Positions 1 through 14,489 of a DNA stretch of 64,000 nt are shown one piece after another. Within the stretch, counting starts at the first letter, position 1. Each line of letters opens with the position of its first letter. Location: NCBI GenBank assembly GCA_048013815.1, contig CM106586.1, forward strand, positions 11,408,001 through 11,472,000, given 5' to 3'. This DNA comes from Setoptus koraiensis. Taxonomy: Eukaryota; Animalia; Arthropoda. The position numbers were made by a program, and so were the translations under genes. The notes under the pieces were generated by a model. The model was not told the DNA's origin and searched no databases. It saw only the letters and a program-made list of their open reading frames with translations.

Positions 1-146
1 TATGTTGTTTCCAAAACATAGTATTATCAATATTATTTAATTAATAAATATATTTATGTACAATTTATTCTGGTGTATCGAAGGCACAGTTTCAAGTAGC
101 TACTGGAACTAATATATGGCTGGGGAGCTTCCTTGATTTAGAAAGC

Positions 147-965
<819 letters not shown>

Positions 966-1459
966 TGCTCTAGATTAGGTAGGAAAAAGAGTAAAATTCT
1001 TACTTATTTTGAATGTTAAAGACAATCTACCATAGGATCTCAATTTACTGTTCATAGTTTATTCAGAGGCGTAATCAATATCCCGATATACTGAACAACT
1101 TGTTACAAAGCGATGGTAACCATCCGTAGCTGGTCTCTAGCAAGCCAAAAACATGTTGCAAGCGTCAACACAACACAAAAGCAGGAGAATCAACTGTATA
1201 ATTCATGAAGAAATCTATAGCAGTAGCACACTGTGAAGCCAAGCTATACTACAGCTGTTTATCAATTTAACAAATAAATGTTGTGTCAAATGAAGTTGTT
1301 TGTGGCAGTGCAAATCAGAAAAAAAAACTAGCGCAAAACAATCTAATCTGAGATCCGGTGTCTAATGATCAGAGACTACACTCAGATGCTACTCTACTTA
1401 TAATTAAATTCATAACGATTTCTCGAATATTATTATTAAAATAGTATTATTGACTTACA

Positions 1460-3059
1460 ATGCCTCACTTTATTGTAGCGTCAACTAGCCGAAATCTAGT
1501 TAACAGCAAAAATCATCTATGCAAAACCTTGTCAATTATTAATCGAAGAGACCTATTTACTTACTGCAATGAGCCCGCCCATCCAACCGATAAGGTGCCT
1601 CGTTTCATGTCCGCCGAAGAGGCATTGAAGGTGGTGAAATCAGGTATTTATAATCTCTGATAGTTATACTGATCAATATGACCTCTATTGTTTAATGCAT
1701 AACAAATGGGAATTTGTGGTGGCTATCTATTCCTATTTCATGCCAGAACAGACAGTGACCTAACATCTAGCCCTCTAAAATTCTATAATGTTTTTCTACT
1801 ATCTAGGAGATCACGTTTTCGTTCAAGGAGCTGCGGCAACTCCGCGAGTATTAGTGCCCGCTTTGGCAGAGCATGGCAAAAAAGCTGGACTGAAAAACGT
1901 AAGAGTTCACCATATCCATACAGATGGTGAAGGCGAGTACTTAGCACCCGAGTTGGCGGGTGTCTTTAGAAGCAACTCACTGTTTACTGGCAAAAATTGT
2001 CGAATACCCATCAACGAGGGTAGAGCCGATTTCACGCCAATATTTCTCGGCGACATACCACAATTATTCTTCCGTGGTATTATCAAACCCAATGTCAGTC
2101 TTGTGCAGGTGACACCTGCAGACAACCACGGTTATCATTCACTTGGAACATCAGTGGACGTTGTTCGATCCGCCCTACAGCACTCAGATTACATAATAGG
2201 TCAGGTAAATTCGAGATTACCACGCACTCAAGGTGACGCTCTTGTTCATACCTCTCACTTTGATGCACTTGTCAAAGGGGAGAAAGAGCTTCCCGAGCAC
2301 AAACCAGCTGTTCTGACCGACGTTGAGAAAGCCATCGGCAAGCATATAGCTGAGAATTTGGTCGAAGATGGTGCCACCCTGCAAATGGGTATTGGCGCCA
2401 TACCAGACGCAGTATTGGCCCAACTTACAAATCACAAAGACCTTGGTGTTCACTCAGAAATGTTTAGTGACGGTCTAGTTGATCTAGTCAAGACTGGTGC
2501 GGTCACCAATCGACTTAAGAAAATTTGCCCAGGTCGTATACTGGCCTCGTTTGCCATAGGGACTCGAAGCCTCTTTGATTTCATGGATGACAATCCTTTT
2601 CTGGTTATGAAGACAATCGACTACGTTAACAAAGAATTTAATATTGCTCAAAATCCTAAAGTAACTGCCATCAATTCATGTATAGAAGTTGATCTTGTGG
2701 GACAAGTCTGTTCTGACTCGATAGGAACTAGGGTCTATTCAGGTTTTGGGGGCCAGGTTGACTTCATTCGAGGAGCTGCCTTGAGTACAGACGGTAAAGG
2801 AAAACCCATCCTCGCTATGCCATCCACAACGAAAAAGGGCGAGTCTAAAATTGTTCCATTTCTGAAAGAAGGAGCTGGTGTTGTCACCACAAGAGCTCAT
2901 GCTCATTACATCGTAACTGAATATGGTATTGCTTCGTTGTTTGGCAGGAACTACCGGCAGAGAGCGCATGCTTTGATAGCTATCGCTCATCCGGATCACC
3001 GCGAAAAACTAGAGAAGGCCGCCTTTGAGCGATTGAAATGTATGCCTTCAGCCGATTAG
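1460..3059 (+). CDS. Acetyl-CoA hydrolase/transferase family protein (4-hydroxybutyrate / acetate:succinate CoA-transferase-like); 2 exons (1460-1643, 1807-3059)
   Basis: Motifs VFVQGAAATP, DGATLQMGIGAIPDAV, LGVHSEMFSDG, SGFGGQVDFIRGA and VVTTRAHAHYIVTEYG. The intron 1644-1806 (GTATTT...ATCTAG) joins VVKSG/DHV in frame. The N-terminus is basic and Ser/Thr-rich, like a mitochondrial presequence (inference). Confidence 0.9.
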
Positions 3060-3084
3060 TATAACTTAATTACACCCACTGTTA

Positions 3085-3417
3085 TCATTTATTTTCAGGT
3101 ATGTAGCCTGATGGACCCAGTCTGGTATAGGGTGATCTCTCGGCAACTCCAGTTTCACGGAATTTTTTTCTTTTGTCCAAATATTCTTGGCGACACTCTT
3201 CCCGGAATTTGGCATCTCTAAACCATTTGTTAGAGCACTCAGCAAATAAATTTAGCTCCTCCTTGCACTTAAAAGCGACAAAGAGTCCATTTTTCTTAGC
3301 GCAATCAGCGAAACACTTCTGTTCCTCTCGGCATAATTGGCTTGTTATCTTATATTCAACAAGCCGTGGTATAAGTACATCCTCTTCAACCTTTCTCAGC
3401 TTTTCATCCGACTTCAT
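3085..3417 (-). CDS. CMC1: COX assembly mitochondrial protein, twin Cx9C
   Basis: LRKVEEDVLIPR, C-x9-C...C-x9-C, and FREECRQEYLDKRKKFRETGV match the recalled CMC1 pattern. Single exon. Confidence 0.85.
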   Translation of the reverse strand: MKSDEKLRKVEEDVLIPRLVEYKITSQLCREEQKCFADCAKKNGLFVAFKCKEELNLFAECSNKWFRDAKFREECRQEYLDKRKKFRETGVAERSPYTRLGPSGYIPENK

Positions 3418-5563
3418 AATTGTACTCTTGATATGTGAAGGGCACGCGTTTAGCTGGTAAGATTAACCTCTACTTATGGTAATGATAAATTAAATGGGAA
3501 ATGATAAATACAATATATGGTGTCGGGCGTAGATGTCGGTCGTAATATCAGATGGATTGGATAAATGAGAGCATCTCACGATGTTACTGACAACATGTGA
3601 CTGGTGATTTTGTGCTTTTGGATGGTTCGTGAATCGAGCAAACCTACATTGAATAGAGCACAGCTTTAATATTGTATACCGTATATTTCAAAAGGCTTTT
3701 GCGCCGCACATGGCACAGAGTTGGCGTCGCTCACGGCTACTGGTTTTTGTTTTTATTTACTGTTACATAATCAGATGTTATGAAATATTCATCGCATGCT
3801 GCAACATCAAATGTCAATGTGTCGTGTTGCAGACCAATCGGCGGCTGGCGTGAGTGACCACAGATGTAATGTTTAAAAGCTGATCACAAAGTACCGACAA
3901 GTTTTTTCGGCGACTACCGTGATTTAAGTCAATTTTAATTTATTTATAATGTTCGAATTGCGCGCTCCATGTGTAAATATCAAAGCGGACTGTCGAGGCG
4001 TACCATTGTTTAGTTGTCATGACTTGTGCTAAAGTGCTGGACAAGCTACGGTCGTGGCCGCTCGAGACACGAATGAGGAAATCTCGTTTGCCATGGCACA
4101 TTGCATATCTCGGGCCATTCGAGAAGAATGAGTTTTCTATGAGACTGAAAAGACTATATATCAAGATCACGCGATTAGTCATTAGGATTAGGTGGAAGGC
4201 TTTTCTTTCATTTACATTTATCTAAAATCAGATATTTAGGGATACAAATAGAAGGAGGAGGATCTAAATCACATGCTAGACTAAAATAACACTGATTATA
4301 TGAACCAGTCGCCATGATCATTGATCGAGAACTAACAAACCACTTCAACTCACAACCTTAGCCTTGCTCAACAATCTAAGAATTATTCGTTAACAAGGGA
4401 GCGTGTGTGCTGTTATATTCTAGCGTAGCTCTGATAAACTCTGCTTGCTGGTGCAACAACAACTACAACATCAGGGTCTTGCTTGCTAGATACGAGCAAC
4501 TTGTATGCAACAACATCAGCGGTGCTAGCACTGCCACAGCAGAAACAAGACAAGTATCAGTCTAGATCTTCATCGCCCACACGTCATCATTCATTGATTG
4601 GCTCTATCTGCAGACTAGGGCGAGCTAGTGGCACAACTCGTCATTCAAGGTACATCAACCTTTTGCAGATGATACGGCGAGAGTCATTGAATTCTATTTA
4701 ACCCTATCATACAGTTTGATGAACCTTGTTATATACCCTTTAGCTACTGCCATCATAATATTATATCAATATGTATATATGTATATTCTAGTTCACACAT
4801 TATTTAGACACTAGGAATTACTGTACGATCAACTATAAGAGATAGGCCCTTCGCATGAGATAGCTATACTCATACTATTTAGTTATTCTAGCAAACATCA
4901 TATTCCTAGTTTTGTCCCTCCCCCCTGCCTGCAGACTGCACTATTATATCTACAACACATTGTTGATGACCGTTGAACTTTATCGCAATAACGTGCCTAT
5001 ACTGGCAAGACAAAAGAGGAAGAGAAGCGAGTTAGACAGGCATAGGGAAAGAGACACAAAGAGAGGGAGAGAGAGAGAGAGAAATATAGTTATAGAAGAA
5101 CACCCATAGATTAAACAAATACAACACAATTTTTATATATCAGCATTCCATAATATGCGAAACACACTACAATATCAATAATAACAGTCTAACCATCAAC
5201 AATCCATTGTTGCTGGCATGTGCTAAAATCCTTAGAGACTGTGCAAAATACAAGAGATTTTATTTTTTATTCAAAGCCCCTTCCAACATATATCTATCTG
5301 GTCATCTTTCATCAGTAGAATGATTATGGATCAATCCACAATGGCCAACTATAATAAATTATCAAGCTACAAAAATCTAAATCATCAAAAATTAAAGCCC
5401 TAGTGTGCAGGCCTTGACCATTCAAAATATAGATTTCGATCTATTACTATTATTATTTGACAAGAGTTATAGACAGATAAAAGGTAGTCAATAAACACTC
5501 TTCATCTACTGTCACTAACAGGTCATACATTTTTGATCACCATTCATCTTATTGAACGTCGAT

Positions 5564-7556
5564 ATGGGTGCCTGTCTATGCAAAACAAAGAAGCGACACT
5601 GCGACCGTCAATATGATTCCGGTCATTTCGACTTTGATGAATCATCTTCCACAACAGTGTCTAGCAATAGATCAAGAAGAGGCCTCCTACATTCAATTAC
5701 CTCACTTGCCTCTCAATCAGCAATTCAAACAGCAATAATTAAGCCTGCAGGCTCTTCGGCATCTCCCATACCGGGAGGCTTCAGATCAAAGACGCATAAA
5801 CTAATCAACCAAGTAGATAATTTAGTCACTGAAACACTAGCCTCGATCAGAAGTATAGCCGAAACAGACCAGGAACCGCCAAATACAATGCATAAACTTC
5901 ACATCATAGCAGAAAATGAGTTAGGCTGGTTCGTTGTAATTAATTCCCTCATCAGCAAAGTTGATATAGACCACCCATTAGGGCCCGCCTTGATATTACT
6001 TGTATTGGAAGATGCCCCATTGCCTAGCAAAAATGCTGTGTCAAAACTAGATCATATAATACGATTATCTCTTGGAGGAGATCAACTTGTTACAAGACAT
6101 AGAAATACATGCATTGTACTCTGCTGTCTTGCAGAAAAATTGGCAGGCACTCTAAGCTCAGCATTATTCACAACAAGTATTCAAGACTTTCTCATGGGCA
6201 AGTTAAACCCCACATGCAATCCAACTGTAATATTATTCTCACTAATAGCATTGGAGAAGTTCGCCCAAACAAGTAAGTGACAACTATAAAAGTAACATTT
6301 CAATCTATGCAATATCCAACCATCTTATTTACCTATATTATACTATTTACCTATCGTTCAAATTCTTTTCAGTCGACAACAAAATTATGATCATTGATAA
6401 GTTGAAAAAGTTGGAGCGAAACAATCCTTACATTGAGCTAGAGAAATGGATCGATAGTGCAGATTACGTGAAACAACAAGTCGGATTCTGCTCCAAATGG
6501 GATCTGGACAATTATTTTCCCTACCCAGAGCGACCATATTCATATGAGACAATAGAAACGAAGAATGTAAACGCCGTCCTAAATGCTAAAGATGCTAGCG
6601 AATATATAAAAATATCCGCCGATGGCCTTGTCGCTCGAAACGACACTTCCTCTTTTGAGAGCGTCAGGTGTACTTATGCCATAAAATCCGGAGTGTTTTA
6701 CTACGAAGTCAAGTTGATTACAACTGGTGTGATGCAAATAGGCTTTTCTACTAAAGAGAGTAAATTTTTAAATTATGATGGCTTCGGTATAGGTGACGAT
6801 GATCAGTCACTGGCCTATGATGGCTGCAGGCAGCTTATATGGTACAACGCGCGCAGCATAGCTGTAAATCAACCTAGATGGAAACCTGGTGATATTGTTG
6901 GTTGTCTGATCAATTTGGACAAGAAACATATTAGGTTCTCTTTAAATGGACATGACATGCCAGCATGCTCTGGATTGTTCTGGAATAAGCAAGACGGCAT
7001 AGATTACTTCGCAGCGGCCTCATTCATGTCTTTCCAACAATGTGAATTCAATTTTGGATCCAAACCATTCTATCATCCTCCAAAGAAAATCGCGTTCAAG
7101 ACTTTCAATGAGGTTGCCACTCTTAAAGAAGAGGATAAGATAATCATACCAAGGTAAGATAACGAAACGAATTGACAAGTCTTCTATATTAATCACCTGA
7201 AACTAATGCTCAAACGAATTATTGTTTCTCTCGTTTCATCGATGAATAGACATTTATCAATGAAAAGAGTCTGCGCAAGTGCTATCAGGTTAGACTCCTG
7301 CACGATATGTTGTAGTGAAAAAGCTACGGTTAGCTTAGAGCCATGCAAACATGGGTGAGTCCTTTACTTTGATCTTAACTTGTCACGATAAATATGTATA
7401 ATCTATTCTAATATCCAATATTTTCCTCTTGTAAACAGAGGTTTCTGTGAAAATTGCGCCGATTATATGAAGAATTGTCCATTATGCCGGACGAGTATAT
7501 CATCCAAAAGAGCGGTGGACGAAGTGATTGAAAATATAATCACAGATAATGATTGA
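5564..7556 (+). CDS. RSPRY1: RING finger and SPRY domain-containing protein 1; 4 exons (5564-6272, 6373-7153, 7250-7354, 7439-7556)
   Basis: MGACLCK start; HPLGPALILLVLEDAPLP; LEKFAQT; SPRY core ARNDTSSFESVRCT...YYEVKLITTGVMQIGF...GIGDDDQSLAYDGCRQLIW. Two short downstream exons, translated by hand, give a C-terminal RING (CTICC...LEPCKHGGFCENC...CPLCR). All introns are GT-AG and frame-compatible. Confidence 0.9.
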
Positions 7557-7731
7557 CATCCATAATTTATAGATTACACAACAATGATTAAATTAGTATG
7601 TTTAGTAATACTGCAACTTGCTTCACATAGCGTGCAAGATACCTAAATCTAGACCTATCGAGTCCATTTAATATTACAAGTTTGTTGCTACCGTACCATT
7701 GAACTTACAATTACTTTTAGGGCATTTGGGT

Positions 7732-8526
7732 CTAGCTGGCCTCTGTTACCGAGGTAAGAGAGCAGGACTGTACAGGGTTTGCAGTTGAGGTATCAATCAC
7801 TGATGAGGCTGACGGGTTTATTAGGTGATTATCCTTCTGCAAGAGCGTTTTAACATAATTGCATTGTGTAGGTTTGTGAATTGAAAGCTCTGCGATCGCA
7901 TCTTTAAGTTGAAACCATTTCCTTTGCCGACCTGAAGTGGTACATCGTATAATTAGTATCTAAGTTGAAACTAACTAGGTACTTCGATGTTGCATTTTAA
8001 CTTACTTTTACAATCTTCCCACTCTTTGAGCTCTTCGGTGACGAAGAGTACATACACAAAAGTCCTGTGTCTCCTTTCGAGGTGCTATTTGTTTCAAAAT
8101 ATTGATAAACAATTGTTGCGAACACTTAACTGAGTTGAAATAGATTTGTAGAATTTATTAAACTGAAGATTAAAAGTTTACCTCAAAAGAGCCAAGGCAT
8201 CTTGTAATGTTCCCCTTTACACCTGCTTCTTCCATGACCTCCCGAACGGCTGCCGAGCTATAGTCTTCATCAGGCTCCAATCCGCCGCCGGGAACAATCC
8301 ATCTCTCACGATTACCACTGGAGGTAACGAGTAGTATCTGTGATCAACCAAAAAGTGAGTATTGATAATCAATCGTAATGAATGGACTAGGGAAATATCA
8401 TAAAATAGAATGCGAAGAGTAATTTACCTCATCTTCCAAATCATTTCGGACGCACAAACATGCAGCTCTCTTTCGAAATCCATCTTCATCGTACGTCCTG
8501 ATGGAGTTTGGTTTATATTTGACCAT
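7732..8526 (-). CDS. NUDT3: Diphosphoinositol polyphosphate phosphohydrolase (Nudix, NUDT3/4-Aps family); 4 exons (8526-8428, 8337-8182, 8084-8006, 7931-7732); missed by the ORF track
   Basis: Manual translation: MVKYKPNSIRTYDEDGFRKRAACLCVRNDLEDE / ILLVTSSGNRERWIVPGGGLEPDEDYSSAAVREVMEEAGVKG (Nudix box) / HLERRHRTFVYVLFVTEELKEWEDCK / SRQRKWFQLKDAIAELSIHKPTQCNYV. Three GT-AG introns preserve the frame. Confidence 0.92.
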
Positions 8527-11038
8527 GTCTATAATATATTCTTGAGCAGCTCATATAAGTAACTAGGTATCCTTACACTTCTCAGAGGAAAGTTGTGCTT
8601 ATATTATATAAGAAATACGTTGATCCTCAACGAAATAATCACAACACGATTATTAAGGTCCTAGAAATTTGAGAACGATAAGAAAGCTCCTCTAGTGATG
8701 CCTAATAGTATCTATCTTATGGTCGGAATTAATTACGGCTCTAGTAGTTGTGTTTACTAGATTTTCTTCGATCCTCATCTAAAGCGTAAGGTTTAGGAGG
8801 AGAATTATCGATTGTGTATGATAACTGAATGCGATTATTTTTATCTTTCAATAATTTTGTGTCTGCTGTACATCTTGAGTTATTTTTTTAGATGATTGAT
8901 TACGATTAGTGTCGACGAATAGTATCAATAGATAAAATATGAACGCATGTATATATATACACATCTAAGATATATGTATACAGTCAATCATATTTACAAT
9001 TATACATAAATACATGAAATATAAATCAATGACAGATCTATATTTAGATGTAGATATATACGTGATGGTGGTATTGGTGACTGAAACCTCTTGCGAGGTT
9101 GTTGGCGCTATTGGAGGCGTCCAATAATTATGTGATAAAATGTATCCTCATACGTCCTAATAGTCAACATTGTCTGTAGTTTTATTGATAGACTCCTATC
9201 TCTCGAATGTACATTTTTGTCTTCACAATATATTGCGAAATGAAGTACACACGTACTACACCAATAACCTGTATTCGTTTAAGTTTTTGAACACGTGATG
9301 GCGTTGAGGGCGCCTTTGTGAAAGTCAAGGTTCTCTTAGGGCGGCGCTTAAGTCGATTCTAATGATAACATAGAGATACATTAATATAATTATCAGTACT
9401 ATAGTGTATCATCAACTTATGAGACTGTTGTGAGATGTCTAATATTTTGTAATAGTTTGTTAGATGTTTGTTTTACAATGCTAAGATCTTCGAAAGATTG
9501 CCACTGCTACTGAATTGTGAATCTCGATTGTAGCATGGAAGTTCATGCGATCATCTTGTAGTCCCACGCACTCGACAGTTCACATCAACAAATTCTATCC
9601 TCTGTTATTGTTGTTGTTTTTGCCTCTTCGAATGCGGTGGATTTTTTCACCATTGGCCAATAGTATAATATCTAGATGAGTTTTTTTTCATCATAATCGA
9701 TTGTAATCATAGATAGTAATATTGTGGGCTATGTGACAATTGTATCAATATCAATGATTGAATCTACGATATCAACATTGGAAGTATCTCGAAGAAAGAG
9801 TGAAAAAAGGGGCATTAGAGTTGGGCGCCAGTTTCAAATCACAATATTGCGTCACTGGTGGATTATGGCATTCGCTTTGGGGCGCCAAAAGAATTTCGTC
9901 TTCACACGGCCAGCGGCCCCGCAGAGGTATTTCGAGATTTGCAGATTTACAGTGCAGAGATCAAACTTCATCGAGATGATGACACGTTGATCCAAGCCGG
10001 CGATTGGTGAGATATCCAAAATGTAGAGTGACAGCAGCTTATCGCTAGTTCAACTCGACAGTATTCTAAACTCTTCCATTTGGCAGTGCGCCTAGCAACC
10101 GAACATCAACTCACAATTGTCAGATGCAAAGGTCTAGATTAATTCGACAATTGGACGGCGGCAGGCAGCATCTCAGCTGTGGTCTAGTGTGGAAAAATTG
10201 TTTTTATGCGACCAAGTTTTATGGATATAGAGCGACTTCTTTTGTAGCATGCATAAAAAATTCTATTGTCTTTCTGTGTGATACATAAAACTCGACCAAC
10301 CTGAATAAAGTTGCATCAATTCAGTTATCGCAGTGCTAGTGTGCGGTATTACAAAGTTACTTATGGAGGATCAAAGTTGACCTATGAAAAGTTACAATCA
10401 CTCAACGACTTTTTCCATTCATCAATTTACTGTCAAAAGAATTTTCAGAATTTCACAGTGTGGCATATATAACATCGTTATAACGTTACGACGATGGGTT
10501 CAACTTGTGCGCACTTTAGAGTTGTTTTTTGATCCTAGATCATAATAATTGTTTTGCCTCTTATATAGGAATATTGGACTAACTTTTGAAACTAAATAGT
10601 TTTATTTTTAGTTGGAAAGGTTCGGAAGGGTCAGTGAACATTGTGCGCGAATAACGAGAACTACCCGATTGTTCGTTCGTTGTTGACTGATTACAGTTGT
10701 ACAGTAGAAAAGTTGTGTTGCCAAAAATTCAAAGCCAGTTAGGACAAGTTGGCCGGCTGGCTAAAATCGGACGCTGATCATGGCAACAACGAGTTATGAT
10801 AGGCTGAAATAAAAACACTTTTTTTACGTAATTAGCGACACGATCTATAACAAGCATACCGTTGAACTTGAAAGTTCTCGTCTGCCTATATCGAGGTGAG
10901 CAGTGGGCGCTGAGTAACAGTCGCCTATTAACATCATGTCAGCCAGTGTGTCGACTGGAATGAGTGAGTAATGGGAGATGTTCCACTGTAAAGTTGCACC
11001 ACCAAGTTCGACGTGAGCCTCATTTTTTCAACAGCAAC

Positions 11039-11069
<31 letters not shown>

Positions 11070-12517
11070 TGTCTAATGATGATTTCTTGCGCAGCATAAC
11101 GCAATAATTAACGTCGAGTTGCATTTCCACAAACTGAAACGAATCTTGGAGCTTTCATCCGCTCGCATAATCACTGCGTGTGTCGCGATGGAGAACTTTT
11201 GTCTAGTTCGTTCTATATGGGAGGTGCGCGCAACAGCGTGCGCTTCATTTTGATTGACACTCCCCCCTTTGTAGGCTCGGCGTAAATTCGATTCTAGAGT
11301 CGCTCCAATCAAACACTGCATGTGTGTGCGTTCAAAGTTCGATTTTCAAAGTTCTATTAGTTCGATCCATGAGCCGTCTCACACACGGACTCCATAGCTG
11401 TGGTACAGGATAGATTTGTTGGAGCTATAGCACTGGCACAGTGGTGAGTCACAGCAACAATCGATGCCGTGTAACCGCATCATGTGGCAATAGTATAGAA
11501 CTGCAACGATTGACATGCACAGATGGTGCTCCAAAGGGGAATCATTATTGTGTGTAATGTCGATCGACGCACATAGTGTCCACACGATAGTGGAGCACCG
11601 CTTATGCCAGCCACAAGTACAACAGTGACTCGAGTTGCGTTTGCACCAGCAGCAGCAATTGCAAGTTGCAAATTAACAACAACAACAACAACAACAACAG
11701 CATCGGCATTGGCAACGTCGACGCCATCTTCTTGGCCAACGATAGATACAGACAGACACACAGACGAACGAACAGACACATTTGGAGCGGCTTGTGAGAT
11801 ATATTATTATTGTTGATGTTGTTGTTGTTGCTGCAAAAAGTAACCATACTAATGGTATAGATACACCTTAAGCCTGTAAGTATTGTACGCCTCTCTCTCC
11901 AGCATCCATGATTCACCTCTTCTGCTATACCACGACAACGACAACAACTAACTCCAGTGACAATTTATATTGTATATTATATATATATATATATATATTT
12001 AGACTGTAATTGCTATCAGCCAGTTATATAGTAATACTTATAAGCTAGCTAGAATACGTTGTAAGGCTGTGTGTAAGAGCCAACATCCAAGACATTTAAG
12101 CGTCATCCCATCATATGCCATCAGCAGTCAGTGGGCCAATGTCAATGGGCTTCCTAATGATACTAGCATCTCTACTCTAATAATAAATTGGCAGCATTGC
12201 GTATTTTATTAACTAAGACATTCACTACATACATTGCGCACAGTCTCGGCCCAACAGTAGTGGCTTGACAACACCAACAAGAGGATTTATTTTTTATTTG
12301 TATCGCCAATCGAATATCTAGATAGCGTCACACAATAACTGGATGTTTGTACCAACCATCAACAACAAAGGATACACAACACACCATAAAGAACAAATAA
12401 GAAAAACGATAATAACACAGTTGAAACATCTCGTCCACACACTTGCGTCCAGCTCAAAGCTCACAATTGATTTTAACTGAAAAATTGATTATAATTCATC
12501 CATCCTATCATTATCAG

Positions 12518-13817
12518 GAACACATTATTTATACGCGATTATCACGCTACTATCACCATGCAGGAAGTACAAGAAAGCTTTAATCAATATCTCAGCATTA
12601 GCAAAATGCTAGGGGGCTTAGTCGAGCAACAATCGGTACTCGTTAACAAGGCCCTACAATCGCATTGGACCCTGGTGAGTGTCGCCGCTCAGTCCAAACA
12701 ACCTGCTATGAAGGATCTGATAACACTACTTGAGCCAACCAGTCAATTAGTTAGACAAATACAAGAATTTACGACAACAAATCGTAGAACCGAGGTCTTC
12801 AATCATTTGTCCGCTATCAGTGAGTCCATTCCCGCTTTGGGATGGCTAACCATCTCACCAGCGCCAGGACCATTTGTCAAAGAAATGATAGACGCCTCTC
12901 AGTTTTATTCAAACAAAGTATTAGTAGCCTACAAGGATAAAGATAAACGTCACGTAGATTGGGTAAAAGCTTGGGTCCAATTTTTACAAAACTTACGCGA
13001 TTATATCAAACAACACCACACTACTGGACTCACATGGAATCCAAGAGGCAATGTGGCCACCGTCGCAGATCTAGGCAAGGGCTCTATACCTCCTCCACCT
13101 GCTCCAATGATGCCACCACCGCCACCTCCCAGCATGGGCAACATGCCAGCCATGGGACTGGGCCAAGCTCAAGACGATACTAGATCGGCTCTGCTTAAGC
13201 AACTAAATCAGGGTACTGATATCACTAAGAATCTAAGAAAGGTCAACAAGGATGATAGATCTCTACGCACTCCTATATCAGATAGGTCGTCTCGTTCAAA
13301 GACACCAGATCCTCGTTCTACTCCTGCTCAGAAACGTCCACCAAAGTTTGAATTCGAAGGTAAAAAATGGGTACTCGAGTATCATGATGGTACTCTCCAG
13401 GAACAATTCGATATCAAAGCAGCAGAAATGAATCAATCCGTCAATATCTACAGATGCGAGCGTATCATGGTTGTTGTGAGTGGTAAAATTAACTCAATCA
13501 CAGTAGACAGTTGTAAAAAATTATCGCTTGTATTCGACGATATAGTTTCTCTGGTTGAATTTATCAATTGTCAAGGCATTCAAGCGCAGCCAATGGGAAA
13601 AATACCAACGATAACAGTCGACAAGACTGACGGTATCCAGCTGTTTTTGAGAAAGGACTCACTGGCGGTGGAGTTAGTTAGTGCAAAATCGGCAGAGATA
13701 AATGTTTGTATAGTCGACGAGAAGACTGGCGACTACAAAGAATATGCTATACCAGAACAGTTGAAAACTCGATGGACTGGTAAACAGTTCAAGACTGAGG
13801 CCCTGGATAAGGCATAA
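12518..13817 (+). CDS. CAP1: Adenylyl cyclase-associated protein (CAP/Srv2); main exon, upstream exon not located
   Basis: Helical folded domain (FNHLSAISESIPALGWLTISPAPGPFVKEM...FYSNKVL...HVDWVKAW...HHTTGLTW), polyproline, WH2 (RSALLKQLNQGTDITKNLRKV) and C-terminal CARP domain (GKKWVLEY...KINSITVDSCKK...SAKSAEINV...EYAIPEQLKT). The frame is open upstream of ATG 12558 to an acceptor TTATCAG at 12517. Confidence 0.93.
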
Positions 13818-13845
13818 TTTTACTAATGTATTCAATAAATTGTAA

Positions 13846-14229
13846 TCATCCTGAGTTCTGCAAGAAATTTTCCAAGAAGTCCTTAGGTTTACTATCTGTT
13901 CTCTTGCGTTTGTCAAAGATTTTCATCACATGACAAGCCTCCTTCTGATGATTGACGCATTCGTTTAATTCTATCTGACCTTTGATGATCATTTGGTCTA
14001 TCACTCTCAGGTCCGATAATCGTGAGTTCTCCACAAAGGTTTCACGGAGCCTCGATCTGGTTTCCTGAACAGGGATTTGCAAATTGTAGTCATACAGAAT
14101 AACAGGCAGTTGTCTGTACCAGGCTTTGTACAAGTTAAGTACCCTTCTTCTTACAGTTTGTTGGTCTAACTTCAGTCCGACTCTGATAGGGGTATGAAGA
14201 GCGAAGGTTAAATCCTTTATTGCAGGCAT
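13846..14229 (-). CDS. NDUFA6: NADH dehydrogenase 1 alpha subcomplex subunit 6 (LYR motif)
   Basis: VRRRVLNLYKAWYRQLP (LYR-type motif), RVIDQMIIKGQIEL and HVMKIF match the recalled NDUFA6 pattern. Confidence 0.88.
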   Translation of the reverse strand: MPAIKDLTFALHTPIRVGLKLDQQTVRRRVLNLYKAWYRQLPVILYDYNLQIPVQETRSRLRETFVENSRLSDLRVIDQMIIKGQIELNECVNHQKEACHVMKIFDKRKRTDSKPKDFLENFLQNSG

Positions 14230-14489
14230 GATTGTACGATGAGGATCTTACCAAGCTTAGATTGAATATTTATCGAATAATATCAAATGAACTAGGCTCC
14301 TGAATAATTATAGGATATCGGAGTGCCACCTCAACTGGAGGCGATGCAAATGCTTCGTCTAATTTAGTAAACAGACTGTCTGAATGTCATTCCATTAGAG
14401 TAGTATTATGTGCGCGAAATTCAACTAGTATATCCGAATTATGGATTCCAAAATACTAACAGTTCAAGCAAATAAAGCATGGATAGGAT

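Noticed and set aside
1460-3059. CoA-transferase as a recent bacterial horizontal transfer
   Set aside because: It has a spliceosomal intron and a presequence-like exon, and the family is known from other invertebrates.
3940-4701. Small ORFs between CMC1 and RSPRY1
   Set aside because: No recognisable homology; more simply explained as promoter or 5' UTR sequence.
9724-11916. Small ORFs 9724-9990, 9758-9979, 11073-11321 and 11480-11916
   Set aside because: No family motifs; partly microsatellite-derived.
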